Assembly: GCA_963924565.1 (NCBI GenBank)
Contig: OZ004615.1
Location: 2,480,001-2,544,000, forward strand
Origin: Ascidiella aspersa
Taxonomy: Eukaryota
DNA: 64,000 nucleotides
Direction: 5' to 3'
Part shown: positions 13,620-43,835 of the stretch, piece after piece
How positions within the stretch are numbered: the first letter of the stretch is position 1
How the letters are laid out: each line of letters starts with the position of its first letter
Program-made: the position numbers and the translations under genes
Notes under the pieces: generated by a model
Database searches by the model: none
What the model saw: the letters and a program-made list of their open reading frames with translations, nothing else
Told to the model about the DNA's origin: nothing

Positions 13620-16600
13620 GTATGGTTGTATGTCCTTTAGCAGACGAAGCGTAAATTTTAATAACTGCTTTATATTTTGATCATCGATAAGGAAACTTTG
13701 TGAAACGATGTAAAATAAGCATTTTTTCTCTTTAAAAGTCGGTTAACCTGTTAGTGATCATACAGATTTAATATCGCGTTTGTATATTTTTCTTAAAATC
13801 AAAATATACGTGTAAACTAAGGATATAAACATTTTTGTAAAGATTGTAATTTTAAATTGAAAAAAAAAACAAAAAAAAAACATCAAACAACGATTTTTTT
13901 ACAAAAACTATATAAAAATAAATAAAATGTTCTAGGGGGGCAAATGCACCCCCTACTCCTGCCGTTGAGTTCGTGTGGAGAGGCACGATTAGCGCTATAT
14001 AAGAGTGACGTTCTCCTCCCTATGACAACTTTACTGCAGCTAAATCATCTTTACGACTTGACTGAAGGTCCTTTGTTTTGCCAAGCTAGGTTATACCAGC
14101 GACCAGCGTGTTTTAAGTTTCACTTCAATCACTGAAATTACCGCGTAAAATGCTAAAACAGTTTTCAAATAATAAAGTACATATCTTAGTTGAAAAGCTT
14201 ATTTTCTTTCGTAACCATTGTCCACGCTTTGTAGGTTTTGGTGTAATTATTTTGCTCGCTTTGAAAACAGAAAATTATTCCGAATTTCAAACAGTTTAAC
14301 TTTAAGCCAGTGGTAAAACTTTTGTGTCAAACGTTATTAACTTAAAGTTCAACCATAGAAGGACAAATAACTATTTACCAAAAATGAGCTGAGCTATATG
14401 AAAAATTGTCGTTCTTTTTAAATTTCGTCAAAATTAGTTTTAAATTTCCTTCGGTTGTCTTTTTTACTGTATTTTATATTCATTAGGTCAATATTCCGCG
14501 TGCCGGTATATTTAGCCCCGGAGGCCGTAGTTTCGTGACGTATGTTATCAGGGCTGAAAGTGGAATAATGTTCTTAACAAACGATAAAATATTTTATTAC
14601 CGAAATACAAGAAATACGACAAAAAATTAACGCATAAATGATCGTCTAAAGTCTAAACAAACAATCTTCGGAAACCTGAGGTTATTTTTCGATGTAGCGC
14701 ACAAATACAGGCAACTGGAATCTTAGAATAAAGTTTAATTTTTACTTGTTTTGGCGGTATCCAGCTTACGTGCAAAACTTATTTTACCGAAACGTCATTC
14801 TGTATCGTTCCGGCTTACTTTTGATACACCCTGCTGTTAAAAGGGGATTGACAACACTTAGGTCCAAGTCAAGTTACTTTACCTTATATGTAAGTTGATA
14901 AAGTAATACGACCGCAACAACTTAGGCACGACAGTAAATTTTTCAAGTGATGTGGTTGCGTACACTTTATGCATATATCTTTAGTGTAGTTTGATAATGA
15001 GTTGCAAAGCCAAAAAGGTCGAGTAGATCGGCATCATCTTAATGAAGACCTTTCGATACGAGCTTGTATCATCTTTAGTTAATGTGTCTGAGAAGTGAAT
15101 CAAAGCATCACTTATACTGTTTAACATCTGAAGGTGCTAATTAATGCTCCGACTATAGTAACTCAGAATGATAACATTGGCGTGGTAACAGCGAATGACT
15201 AAAAACTGTTTGGCAACGTCAATTTGTTTGACCTTTACCCGCCTTTAAAATTCAAAAACGGTTTATTTATTCCAACACTTCACAAAGTGTGGCGGGGAGA
15301 AATACGTCCAGCAATTTTACGACCGGTTCAAGTTGATTTATGGAGCTCCAGCACCGTTTGTCGGATGTTAAGAGTATTTTATTACAAAAGTCAATATCCG
15401 ATGACTCGTAGCAATAGCGCATGACATTGATGTAATATTTACCAATAGGTTTGGTTAAAACTTCTTTTTTAAAGAAAGTATAACAAGAAAAATGGCAAAT
15501 TAAGTTATTACTTAAACTACAACAAAAAAGCCCACCTGATATCGCAGTTGTTCACACAATTCTTAGTTAACATTTTTTGCGCGGCCCTGGACATTTTTTC
15601 TGCCTTATATCTTCAGTTTAGTGTTATAAAAATATTCAAATGCAGGCCAATAACCCATCACAACGTGATAATGCCAGTAGGCCACGTTTTACCAGTCGTA
15701 TTAGTAGGCCGGATCGGTTTGGAACAGCGTTTAAAAAAAATAAATTGTAAAATATTTTTGCATGTAAGACGTGGTAAAATTATTTTTTCCTGCCTTGCCA
15801 CTATCTCCTTGAATGTATTTAAGCCGAGATTTGAATATTTTTTTTGTATTATTTTTAATTTAAGATCACCTGGCTACGAAACCAACACGCAAACCGAGCA
15901 GTAACTTACCTTTTAAGTGCATGTTTTTTTCAATTCAGGTTTTTCAATATTTTCACATTTTTCTGCATAACATCGAACGAAAATTCAGGTTTCCTTGTTT
16001 TATATTTTTATTTCTCTATCTTATTGATTTAACGATAATCAGGTGGCAGTCTTACGACTGAAAAAAGCCTTTTGTCGTGACACCAATTACAACGCGTAAC
16101 AAACAGTTTTCCTTGTTATGGTTATTTGTTTTGGATGTCCAGTTATGAAGTAACTTTCTGACGTCATCTCTGAAAACATGCTATCCGGTAAAAAAAATAT
16201 CTTGCTTTCACCCCTACGTTATTGACTTAAATAACTGAGCCTCGTAGGAAACGATTTAGTCTGGGCGGAATTTGTGACCGCAAAAATTCCAAAATACCTT
16301 CTGCTGACATAAAGACATCGCTTAACTGGGCGACAGGCGCAGATGTAGAATTTTGGTATGGGGCATAAAACACGTTCAAACTAGGCTAAGACATTCTATA
16401 AACATATATTTTTTAATTCCCGTAAGATTCGCTCCATTTATTTTTTAATTCCCGTAGTAAACATAGGCAAAAATGCATTTTTTTTTGGGGGGGGGGAGGG
16501 GCATGGTTACGTTTTTTATTTCGATCCGCCCCTGCTGGATAATATAGCGCTTCAGATGAATGCACTCCCTTCGCAGTGAAATAATTACTGTCCTGTTGTC

Positions 16601-18441
16601 AAAAGAGCTCTGTTTGTCCAATTCCCGTCGTAAGTTTACACGGCTGTTCAGCTGGACAATAGAGCTTTCGCCGATCCCCAAATCTATAAAGATAGCTTTT
16701 CGGCGCTGTAAAGCAGAAAGTTTAAGTATCGAAAACCTAAAAACAGCAAACTACTGTAATAGTCAAGACCAGGGACTTGATTTTGTTATTTTTGTGAGTC
16801 GCATGAGAATAAAATGGATAAAAAAATGGATTTAAGGGCAGGGCCTAAAATAGAATCTAAAAAAACACGCAATATAAGCTGTGATTTTTTGTAAAGAACA
16901 CAGCAAATGACATTTTTTTTTGACACGCTGGTAGGATTTGAATAAGTGATTATGCCTCACAAGTGTGGTTTATTCAATAATATATTTTAAAATCAAGATA
17001 CAAAAACGTAAATGGTTACAAAGTTTAAGTAAAAAACGCGGCCGGACCCCTTTGTATTTTGACCAGGTCTGATAAAGAATTTCACTTTTTTTAGGAGTAT
17101 TTCATAGACAAGTTTTCTAAAGGTGTTTTTATGTAGCATATAAACGACACTGCAATTTGCCCATATACTAAATTAAACTAATAGAGAAGATTTTGGTAGC
17201 AGGTGCCTAACCTTAACTAGGCCAATTGTTTTACAGTTCAACGTTTGGCTTTGCGGAACATTGTTAATTGTCGATTTGTAATTTCCTACTGAACTCTTTT
17301 AGGCGAACTTGGGCAAAATACAATATAACTTTAAACGTGTTATAAATGTTATAAATCACAAACATACGTAGATAAACTGTATAACCATTCTCACCAAACA
17401 CTATGCTTCACAGCAGACCTGGGAAAACAACGGCCCGCGTGCCACGTCCGACCCGCTCCTTATTTTTTAGAAAACATTTTCACCTTGTCAAAACAAGGAT
17501 ATTTACAGATTGTTTTCAAGGGTTTTTATTCCGGCACTTTAAGGCGATTTATGCATATGATCCTGGCCCCTGGTAAAAATAACTGCCTACCCCCACTTCA
17601 CAGGCATCAAAATGTTTGAACGTTTGTAGTAAGATGTTAAAAAATTGTCAAACCTGATAAAGTGATGGCAGTTTCTTATTTTTTTGTAAAGCTTGTGTGA
17701 ATTTAATACTCGAAAGGTTATTAAAACGAAGATAATTTAGAGAGAGCGCGGTTGCAACGGCAAAATATCGTATCTTTTTTCGCAAAGCATTTTATTTGAA
17801 TTGCCCGCCGACTTAATTGTTTCGATTTTAACGCGACTTTTGGCCTGCAAGAAGCTGGAAAGCGTTTCGACCAATTACTTCAACGTCGTCAGCCCGACAC
17901 TAATCAATAAGCAGTCAGCGCTGCGCTGTTTCCACTATGTTTGGTCTGAATTTTCCTTTTGAAGGCTAATGCTTAGTAGAGGTAAAGTACTTTATAGCTA
18001 GACACGTGGTAAAAATGGTGCTTAGGGCAATATAGAAGCAGGTGGCATTGTGTGAAAATTCCAATATAACAATGTACATTATTGACGTCATAATGGAGAA
18101 ATGTTGTCTGTACAAAAAGTAGAAGTAAACAATGGCAAAGGGCAATGCAGAAGTTTGGTAAATCGGTGTGAAACGTTTTAATTACTTTTTTTAATTTTAA
18201 ATAATGAATAAGAACGTCGAAACGTGGTTCTCTGTGTAGATATTGTCTGATGGCTGTTTTTAAAACTGATTTTTACTGCAGTTTGCTGTAATTTATCGAT
18301 CGTAAACCATGTTTAAGCGGACGTTCTTAAAACCGATGCAGGGCGTCATATGTTTTGATTTTCTTTCTGAGTAGCCGTCACTTTGGCTAATAAAGGAAAA
18401 GTCAATTCCAGGTTACAAATGAAAATCCACTTCAAAAAAAG

Positions 18442-20956
18442 TCAACTCCTTTTGACTCACAATTAATTAAAAGTCAACTCCAAGTCCAAATTCACTGATG
18501 TAAAAATAAAACGATAAACTATTACAACTTTGTAAACCGTTTGTTTATGAGCAGTAATTCAACCAAAAGTAGTTGTGCTGTTGTGATAAATATAGTGTTT
18601 ATTTGGTTATGAAGAACCTAAAATATACCAAACTCTACTATGGGGTGCCTCGTCTTAATTTGTGCTACCATTTGCCTTACATACTCAATACTCAGTTAGC
18701 CTACTCATGTTAGTCAAGGTTAGGGTTACCAGGTGACATCACGCAGTTAAACGACAAAGCGATTTAGTAAACTTTTTGAAACAAACAGCCCAAGTTAAAC
18801 TTGCACTTGAACAGCCATAAGAAAGCCGAGTAACGTTGCCCAAAATTTGGGAATCAAAAATACAAAGCCGACTAATGGTAAACATTAAACTAATTACAGA
18901 ACTTAGTAATCCGAAATTCAGTTTGTTTGCATGTTATATGATAAATGTATTTCGCTGCTAAAAGCATTATTAGTATCTGAAAACATAACACAATATAAAT
19001 CAAGATGTACGCTAACAAAAATTCAAACCAACTGTTCTGGGCAAGCGGCCCGTCTTAGGATATCCTGTCATAACCCTAAAAATGCAGTAAAATAAGAAAA
19101 AAAGTTTAGTGTTTAATTTAACATTACGCAAAATAATGCGATCTTAACTAAGGTAGGAAATAGTAAAGTTTGTTGATAACACCACCAATCGACAGCAAAA
19201 GGCTTATACAGAAGCAGATATGCAAATAGTAGGCAGAATGCCGAGTGATGGAAAAAGAAAAAAATATAAGAAAAAATGTTTGATGAAAATTCGGCGCCAC
19301 TCCTAATGTCAGCCGCTACCGGGCCCTGACAAAACATCTTTAATTGACCAACGTGAACTGCAATTTAAGGGCCTTTTGCTTGACAATGCAGCCAGTGACA
19401 ATTGTTATGCAAATTAGGAGTTATAATGACGCTGAGCCTTGGTACCTCTTCTTTACAATGAAAGGCCGACCTAATTGGGCCGCTGCGGACACAGAAATAC
19501 ATTTGCATGCGCTATTTTAACAAATAAATCGATCAGAGCGTAAAACTAACAGGCCAACGCTTCGGAAACTCACGCAGCTGCTATTATAAGGACATTTTTG
19601 TTGTTTTTTTAATCTCCTGTCATTTTTTCAGCCTTTTGCGCCATTCTAGTTCGCTCATTGGCGAAATCTCGAAAAAAGGATTTCCTATCGATTCGCGATT
19701 TCAACTGCTTTTCGCTCACAATTAATGAAAAGTCCACTTCAAGTCCAAATTCACTGATGTAAAAATAAAACGATAAACTATTACAACTTTGTAAACCGTT
19801 TGTTTATGAGCAGTAATTCAACCAAAAGTAGTTGTGCTGTTGTGATACAAATAGTGTTTATTTGGTTAAGAAGCACCTAAAATATACCAAACTCTACTAT
19901 GGGGTGCCTCGTCTTAATTTGTGCTACCATTTGCCTTACATACCCAGTTAGCCTACTCATGTTAGTCAAGGTAAGGGTTACCAGGCGACATCACGCAGTT
20001 AAACGACAAAGCGATTTAGTAAACTTTTTGAAACAAACAGCCCAGGTTAAACTTGCACTTGAACAGCCATAAGAAAGCCGAGTAACGTTGCCCTAAATTT
20101 GGGAATCAAAAATACAAAGCCGACTAATGGTAAACATTAAACTAATTACAGAGCTTAGTAAACCGAAATTCAGTTTGTTTGCATGTTATATGATAAATAT
20201 ATTTCGCTACTAAAAGCATCATTAGTACCTAAAGCGCATAACACAATATAAATCAAGATGTACGCTAATAAAAATTCAAACTAACTGTTCTGGGCAAGCG
20301 GTTTGTCTTAGGATATCCTGTAATAACCTTAAAAATACAGTAAAATAAGAAAAAGGGTTTTGTGTTTAATTTGACATTACGCAAAGTAATGCGATCTTAA
20401 CTAAGGTAGGAAATAGTAAAGTTTGTTGATAACACCACCAATCGACAGCAAAAGGCTTATACAGAAGCAGATATGCAAATAGTAGGCAGAATGCCGAGTG
20501 ATGAAAAAAGAAAAAAATATAAGAAAAAATGTTCGATGAAAATTCGGCGCCACTCCTAATGTCAGCTGCTACCGGGCCCCGACAAAACATCTTTAATTGA
20601 CCAACGTGAACTGCAATTTAAGGGCCTTTTGCTTGACAATGCAGCCAGTGACAATTGTTATGCAAATTAGGAGTTATAATTTGACGTTGAGCCTTGGTAC
20701 CTCTTCTTTACAATGAAAGGCCGACCTAATTGGGCCGCTGCGGACACAGAAATACATTTGCATGCGCTATCTTAACAAATAAATCGATCAGAGCGTAAAA
20801 CTAACAGGCCAACGCTTCGGAAACTCACGCAGCTCCTATTATAAGGACATTTTTGTTGTTTTTTTAATCTCCTGTCATTTTTTCAGCCTTTTGCGCCATT
20901 CTAGTTCGCTCATTGGCGAAATCTCGAAAAAAGGATTTCCTATCGATTCGCGATTT
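18442..20956 (+). repeat. Head-to-tail tandem duplication of ~1.26 kb (18442-19700 / 19701-20956)
   Basis: Near-identical copies with scattered substitutions and small indels; explains the twin 74-aa ORFs at 19113 and 20366. Confidence 0.97.
19401..19414 (+). promoter_or_regulatory. Sox-POU composite-like motif ATTGTTATGCAAAT (copy at 20654-20667)
   Basis: Matches the zero-spacer Sox-Oct consensus; further octamers at 19220 and 19501. Confidence 0.4.
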
Positions 20957-21662
20957 GCTTATAATTCGATTTCGTTTGGTTTTGGGGAGAAATCCAACGT
21001 GTAAGACAGATCGTGGCCAGTTAAGAACGGGCGCCTTAGGTACATACTGTAAATTTTTTCAGTGGTACGCCAGCACCTTTTAGTTTTTTATGCGGATTTA
21101 GTAAAAATTAACGAAAGTTTTGATACAGATGCCAGTGCTGTAATGACTATAGTCAATGACTTGGCTTAAGTTACTGTTTTCAAATTACTTGACTTGACTT
21201 AAGTCGTTAGAAAATATATTTCGCGACCAGAAAAGGTTTAAAACCGATGTGTGTTAAAAAAAACTTTCTTAAAATAGTTCACAGAAATATAGTGCTATGA
21301 TGCCGGCTTTTATTCTTACTGTTAAGGTATTTTATTGATGCATTGAACCCTTTTGTATAGAGATAGAGATAAGCAAGTCCAGCATATAATGAGTCGATAA
21401 CAACTTTTTTTAACATCTTCTTCAAGATATTGTAAATTACTTGTATTATTGCAAAGTTTCCAATTAAAAATATAAAAAATATACTTTTGTTAACACCAGG
21501 ATTAGCGTCTAATCAAAAAATAAAAACCAGCGTATATATGAGTCGATAACAACTTTTAACATCTTCTTCAAGATAATGTAAAGTACTTGCAAAAAAAATA
21601 CTTCTTTTACCACCAGGCTTAGCGTCATATTAGAAAATAGAAACCTAGGCCAAAACGCGAGC

Positions 21663-37816
<16,154 letters not shown>

Positions 37817-39787
37817 GTGACGTCACAATGGGCTGCAGGAGCTGAAAAGTGCTCTCCGGCGCGGCACGCCACCATGCGGTGGCTTTTTGCCGCTAAATGG
37901 CGCTAGAGTTTGCGATAAAGCGCAGCGGTGTGTTTTTGACTTGGGGACGGGTGGGATTAACGTTTCCAAGGCTATTTTTGGCAAATTTTTGCAATACTTA
38001 GCTCAACCACTCATTAAAATAGCAAATTAACCTATATTTCATATATATATTATTATTGTTTAAATTCAATTAACAAAATTTTGGAAAATATTTTTGTGAA
38101 CTGAACTCACGTGCCATAATAATTACGTCATCAACAAATTATCGAAGTCATACTTTTAAAAAAATGTGCCCCTGCTTTTTTGCGACACACCGCTGTTTTT
38201 TGTATCGTTTTGCCGCAGATGTTTTCTGTCTACCGACATGAAGCGCAAGCATATATAGCGGCTTTTTTTAAGCCGCGCTAAACCAAAACGTGTCGATGCG
38301 TAGTGGGAATATCAAAGTCCATATAAAAGTAGGTGGCATTTTGAATATCTTACATCTGATGTTAAAAATAAATAAAGAGTTATTCGAAACGTTCAAAATG
38401 ATACCTACTTCTGTATGGGCTTTGATATTCTTATTACGAATTATTCCAAACGTTTTAAAAATTCTTACTACTTCTAACTCCGATCTCCGACAATTATTAT
38501 GCTCCAAAGTTTAGTGTCGATACGCTTTGATTTTGAGATTTTTACTCTGAGGCATCGCGCGTAGGTCTCTATGACGAGACAATGCATCATTGTCGGCCTT
38601 TTTTAAACGGACGGGTTCGTATTGTATAAACGTACCTGCGTTACTTTGTATAGTTAATCTTTAACTAATTTTTAGGACTATTCTAAAGGTTGTAAATTAG
38701 CTGTTACTGCTCATAAAGAAATTGCGATTTTTTACAACCAAATATAGAAAACTCCAATAAATATTATTATTCAACTCTTATTTGAAATATATATTTTTTT
38801 AATTCCTATGGGTCTTCAATTAAAATGCACTGTTATTGTTTCCTATCAAAGCGTTAAGTATAATTATTTATGTTTTTATAAATATATTATTTTTATTTAT
38901 GGTGCAGTTCCCACAGAAAATCACCACTCTTAAAAAACTTTGCTGAACTTAGCATTGTTTTAGATAAAATTCTTCATATTGTTAAACAGTTCATCATGTG
39001 TTTCACTGCAGTTCGAATTATGTACGTAAATGTACGAAAATTAAAAGTAGAAACCTGTTCTACTACAGGATTTAAATTTTATCTTCTTTTACTATAACTT
39101 TTGACGAAAAATCACAATTTTTTTAGCTAACGATAGCTTTTATGTTATGTACAGCCAAAATTGTCTGTTGGTTGATTTTGTGTTCTTATGGCAGACTTTC
39201 GTCCTTTCTGCATTTTAGTATTTATTTTTCGTCCCTCCAAAGTGCAGAGTTTCTTTTTCTATTGTTTGTTTGTTGTCTGCGTTCTACTTTCTTTGTTTCA
39301 TCCCGTTCTTCACTTTGCGTTTTTCAAATCAGATGCACTATGACGTCACAGTACACGATGCAGTCCGCTGATTTTTGCCGCCGAATTCTTCATCGCCACG
39401 TGTAGCAAGCTGTCAGCACTTCAACTAAATTATCGCGTAGCTTTGGTTTCAATCACACATTGTACATCTCTGCATTCGCCAAAAACCCTTAGATGATTTT
39501 ACACTCTCTTCAAGCAAGCATTTGGGCGCCCTGAGTTATCAAAAGCAAAATTACAGCATTCACACATAACCTAAATATAAAAAAAAAAGTTGTTTTTTAG
39601 AAACTTTTTTTTTTTAGAAGATTCTGCTCAGTCATTTGGAAAACTAACTATGTTTACGGTATTCTGCAGACATAAATAATATGCTGTTGCTACCAGACAT
39701 ACTAAAAATGAGTTCTTCTGTTGATATTTGTTACAAATATATACCAATCTTTGTATATGGCCGTATTTGTCTAATTCTAAATAGAGG

Positions 39788-39917
39788 AATCAGGTGGCAC
39801 TGTATAAAGACAATTTGTATCTGATTCTCGACAAGCTTTCGCACAACCGTGCTTCATCAGGTCAAAGTATGATGAAGTACGGTTGGGCGAAAGCTTGTCG
39901 AGAATCAAATACAATTT
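39788..39917. mobile_element. Fold-back Penelope-like pLTR remnant (other copies: 24113-24230, ~35670-35709 with 36449-36530, 50087-50175, ~16035)
   Basis: Shared unit: hammerhead followed by AATACAA(A)TTGTCTTTAT..AGTGCCACCTGATT, arranged as inverted pairs with the tails facing outward. Confidence 0.65.
39827..39866 (-). ncRNA. Minimal type I hammerhead ribozyme motif (Penelope-like), core intact
   Basis: Minus strand reads UUUGAC CUGAUGA A GCAC-GGUU-GUGC GAAA GC UU GUCGAG: full core, 4-bp stem II, palindromic AGCU stem III, stem I pairs. Confidence 0.8.
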
Positions 39918-41334
39918 GAAATATATTCCAGAAGAAGTTATTTTTAGTAGGCCATTCTGCAGATAATTCTGGCACGAGAGCCAATCATTTTAAAGATTTG
40001 GAGAAAAATAGATTTCGCCTATTTGATTAAACCAGGGGTTCTTAAAATGTGATCCGCGGAACCTCGGGTGTACCTGAACTAGTTTTAGGGTGTCCATGAA
40101 GGCCTAATTAAAATCTTTGTGTATAATTTATAAATGCGCTTTGGCGCCTTCTCCTTAAATGTATTTAGACTTTTACTTTCACTTTAAAAATAACAGGTTT
40201 CTCAAGTCTCATCAATTTATGTCGCCATCTTCAAAAATTCTATGCCGACCATGGTCCACGCGAACCAAAATAAATGTTAAAATAATTTTGGGACCCCTGG
40301 ATTCAACAGTATTTTTTTATCACAGTTCATTAAACCCAACTTTTATGCTAACTTGGTTAAAAGATTCCGAGAAAATGTCTAATTTTAAGCATATTTTATA
40401 TCTTACAGTGCAAATTGCTTCAGTTTTTTTATGTTTTTAGTGCACTATCTGGTTTTTATTAGACAACCATTCTTTCTTGTTCTTTTGCGACAAAATTTAT
40501 TGTGACCATAAATGCCAGAAATGGGCAACATTATTTCCATGAAAAATGATGTTATTATAATAGTTTATTCCTACAACATAAACGCACAATGGTATAATGT
40601 AGCAACGACAGTCATCAATTTTGAAGCATGTATTTCAACAACAACAACAAAAATGTCTTCGATTTTTTATCGTGTCGTTTATATTTAAATGCGCGCTACA
40701 CGTTTCCAAAGGTGAAACAGCACAGTATTTTTACATTGTTGCCATGTGCTAATTCGGTCGCACCATTTAGTCACAAACTGCAATTGGTTTCGCAACTTCG
40801 GTTACAGTTCATATACTATGAATAAAAAGACCGATCATCCTTTGACGGGTTTTCATGTGATTGTTGGTTAGACTATAGTATTCTGCAAGTTATTAAATTG
40901 TGTTTTGTAAAATATAAAATTAACAAGCTCTTATGGTTCTGTGGTAAATGGAGGATTGAGATGAAAGAAAAAGACAAAAGATGTTGCAAAAATATATCGA
41001 CTTGCGATTTTATAAATAAAAAGCTTTGTAGAATACAATTTTATGATTTTTTTTCGTTTATGAACAAAGTTACAACGTTATTCAGTTTCCCATATGACGA
41101 CTTAAGTTCTTTCCAAAAACAAGTAAACTCACCCTCAGGCGTTAGAATTTTCAAACTTTGAAACACATTTTTCTTCGCGAGCAAACAACAGTTTAAAGAC
41201 GAAGACATCTCTAACCTCGTAACTTACATATTAAGTAACCTTTCGCCATGAGACAAAAGCGACCAAACCAAATACCCAAACGTGCTCTGTGTGAACATCT
41301 TCGTGTTGTCATTGTGTGTGTTAATGTTATTGAC

Positions 41335-41941
41335 AGGCAGAGGCGGATCCAAATGGGGCACGTGGCCATGCCTAACAACAGGGTTTCTTAAACAGGTGAA
41401 TGGTTCACCCCAGGATGCCAACCAAAAGGGGTGAATAAGGGTGAATCGTCAGAAATGGATGATAGCTTGCAAGCAGGGCGGATGTTCCGGGTGTTCAACC
41501 TGTTCAGTGAAATTGGACGAGATAGTTTTATCATATCATGAGACAAGGGTGAATGAAATCTGGAGATAGATGCTAGCGGTGAACAAAACTAAAAAAATTC
41601 AAGAAGCACTGCCCTACAACACTACAAAAAGCTGGATATTTTTTCCTATTCTAACAACGTAATTGCAAAACATTTTCGCACCCAGCTGGAATGTAGGCCT
41701 ATTATAATTCTGGTATGTCAAAGCCTATTTTGTAAAACAGTTTGAGCCCGAAGGCGTCGTACGTCAAATCACTCCATCGAAAATGAAAGTTTTGCCAATC
41801 TAAATGGTTTAAAGGTGTTTTTCCGCTTGGCGCGATTCGACAAAATCTTTGTAAAGTAGCTTTAGTATTGTACTTGTGATGTCAAGTTGTAACAAAAAAT
41901 GTTCGTAGCCTTCCCCAAACAAACAGCGTGGATCCGCGCCT
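41335..41941. mobile_element. TIR element with AGGC..GCGGATCC termini (related element ~16334-16534)
   Basis: GCGGATCCA ... TGGATCCGCGCCT, flanked by direct repeat ATTGAC; internal W...GCxxC peptide may be a transposase zinc-finger relic. Confidence 0.6.
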
Positions 41942-43835
41942 ATTGACAGCAAAGCAAACTTAGGCTATATTTAAACTGTATTAAACTGTTGAAAAGCAAA
42001 CACGTATTATTAAGTAAAACGAGAAACTGTTCAACAAATACCCAAAACTAGTTAAAGAAACTAAAAATTGGGAATAATCTTGAGAGTATAATAATAACAA
42101 ACGGTTTTTAGTTTTATTTTGCACAAAGATACTTTAGGAATATTTTATTAATTGTTAGCGGCACTATTTACAAAGCAAAAGGCTAGGAAAAGATAAAGCT
42201 TAACTAAGTGTTGAAATAACAAATTACTAATGGGTGCGCCAATAACCTACTGAGTTTCTAAAGTATAGTTTGTTTCTGCATCTTATTCAAGAAAAATTCT
42301 GAACATGTACCAAAAGTTTGACAAAATCTAGCATAACATTTACCCACGCTCTAGGAATGAAAAGACTTCCAAAAATGCCATGAAACGCAAGCCTGGAGAT
42401 AAGGTAGATGGAAAACCTAAATGTAACGTGTTGACCGAAACTCCACGCGTCGCAAACAAACCAAACCCTCCTGTCGCAACAATTCCAGTCGTCACTCTGA
42501 CAGCGCAATTCGTCTGAGCTAAATCAACGCTCGATACTGGGAACTGATGGCTCCAATACATTACATAACGTACGCAATGTGCTCGCCCGTTCGTTCAAAC
42601 AACAGGCTTTATCTGTTGCCAGGTCCGCGGCCTGAAAAACAAGCAGGGACCTTGTATTGACTTGACACTTCACCTGGAGTATATTGGCATACATTTATTT
42701 GGTGCGGCCAGTCGAAAAAGCGCTCCGAACGACACAGCGACCAACTGGGATATCTAGATTGTTCTAGTTTGCTTGGTGGGCGAGCTAGAGCAGTGTTTTG
42801 TAACCCATGGGCCGCGATTAAAAATAGGTTGGCCGACTGCAGTATTTCAAATGGTTAGATTTATTGAGATTCCTTTAAGCAAAATTGTTCCATAAAACTG
42901 GGGAAAAATAAAATTTAAAAAATCTAAAATTTTTTATTCGTTTTAGTTAACACTGAGCGACTTGTTTTTGAGTCATTGCTTTGCTAAAGGCGCTAATGTC
43001 TCTTTCGGCCTAGTTTTTCGGCGCTGTATTTAGCTCTGTTGGCCAGGAGTTTATTGATATTAGAATATACTATATGTCTGTGTGATATTTGATCAATGTC
43101 AATATTTTAATGCTACAAGTATGTTCGCTGGATAGCTGAATCCAATTCAAAGCGGCATAACTTCCGAAGACATATGTAACAAAAATGTGTTCACTGGAAG
43201 AGCTAAAGCCAATCTAATTAATGAGTGAAACTTTCAGCTTAGTAGTGGCATAACTTTCCGAGATATTATGCCCCCAAAACTTCAGCGCGCTAAGTTCCCC
43301 GAGGTATATTTTTTGCTTGCTTCCGGCAGAAGCGACGGCGCACTGCTGTTTGATTGGCTTTTTGCGCGATGTGAAAGTGTTTTGTTGATTTAATTAGCTC
43401 ACCGGCGCCGCAGCAAACGGCGAAAGAAAGGTTCTTCTCTTTAAAGGTTAGGTATTTAAGCGACCAGCATCACAGCACAGCAAATTAATCAGCCCCGTAT
43501 TTGCATGCAAGTAGTTTTATCCTAGGCTAAAACATTCGTTTCGGTTAGTTAGGCTTGTGTACTTTATGTACAGCAATCCAGCACAGGTGCCAATCAAAGC
43601 GTAACGCAGTTGTCAGTCGTTTTTTGCGAATTTTCAAGCCGGCCTGATTTTGACCGACAAAAAAGACAGTAAGATTGGGTAACAAACTAACAAGAATATA
43701 GTATAGCGTTCGACTGTTTTTTTGTTTTATCTTACGCATGCTGGGTTTACGTTTTTTAGACTCATAGTCCATAACTTTGTTTGTCCATAGTTCAAAATTG
43801 TAAACGGTAAAGCCATAACGTACTTATAGTTAGAA

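Noticed and set aside
17855-17897. Hammerhead-like CUGACGA...GAAACG on the minus strand
   Set aside because: Stem II does not pair and the conserved U before the cleavage site is missing.
19113-20590. Two near-identical 74-aa minus-strand ORFs
   Set aside because: A by-product of the 1.26-kb tandem duplication; no protein motif or exon structure.
42287-42561. Overlapping ORFs between the two genes
   Set aside because: No recognisable domain and no convincing splice sites; cannot be supported as a gene.
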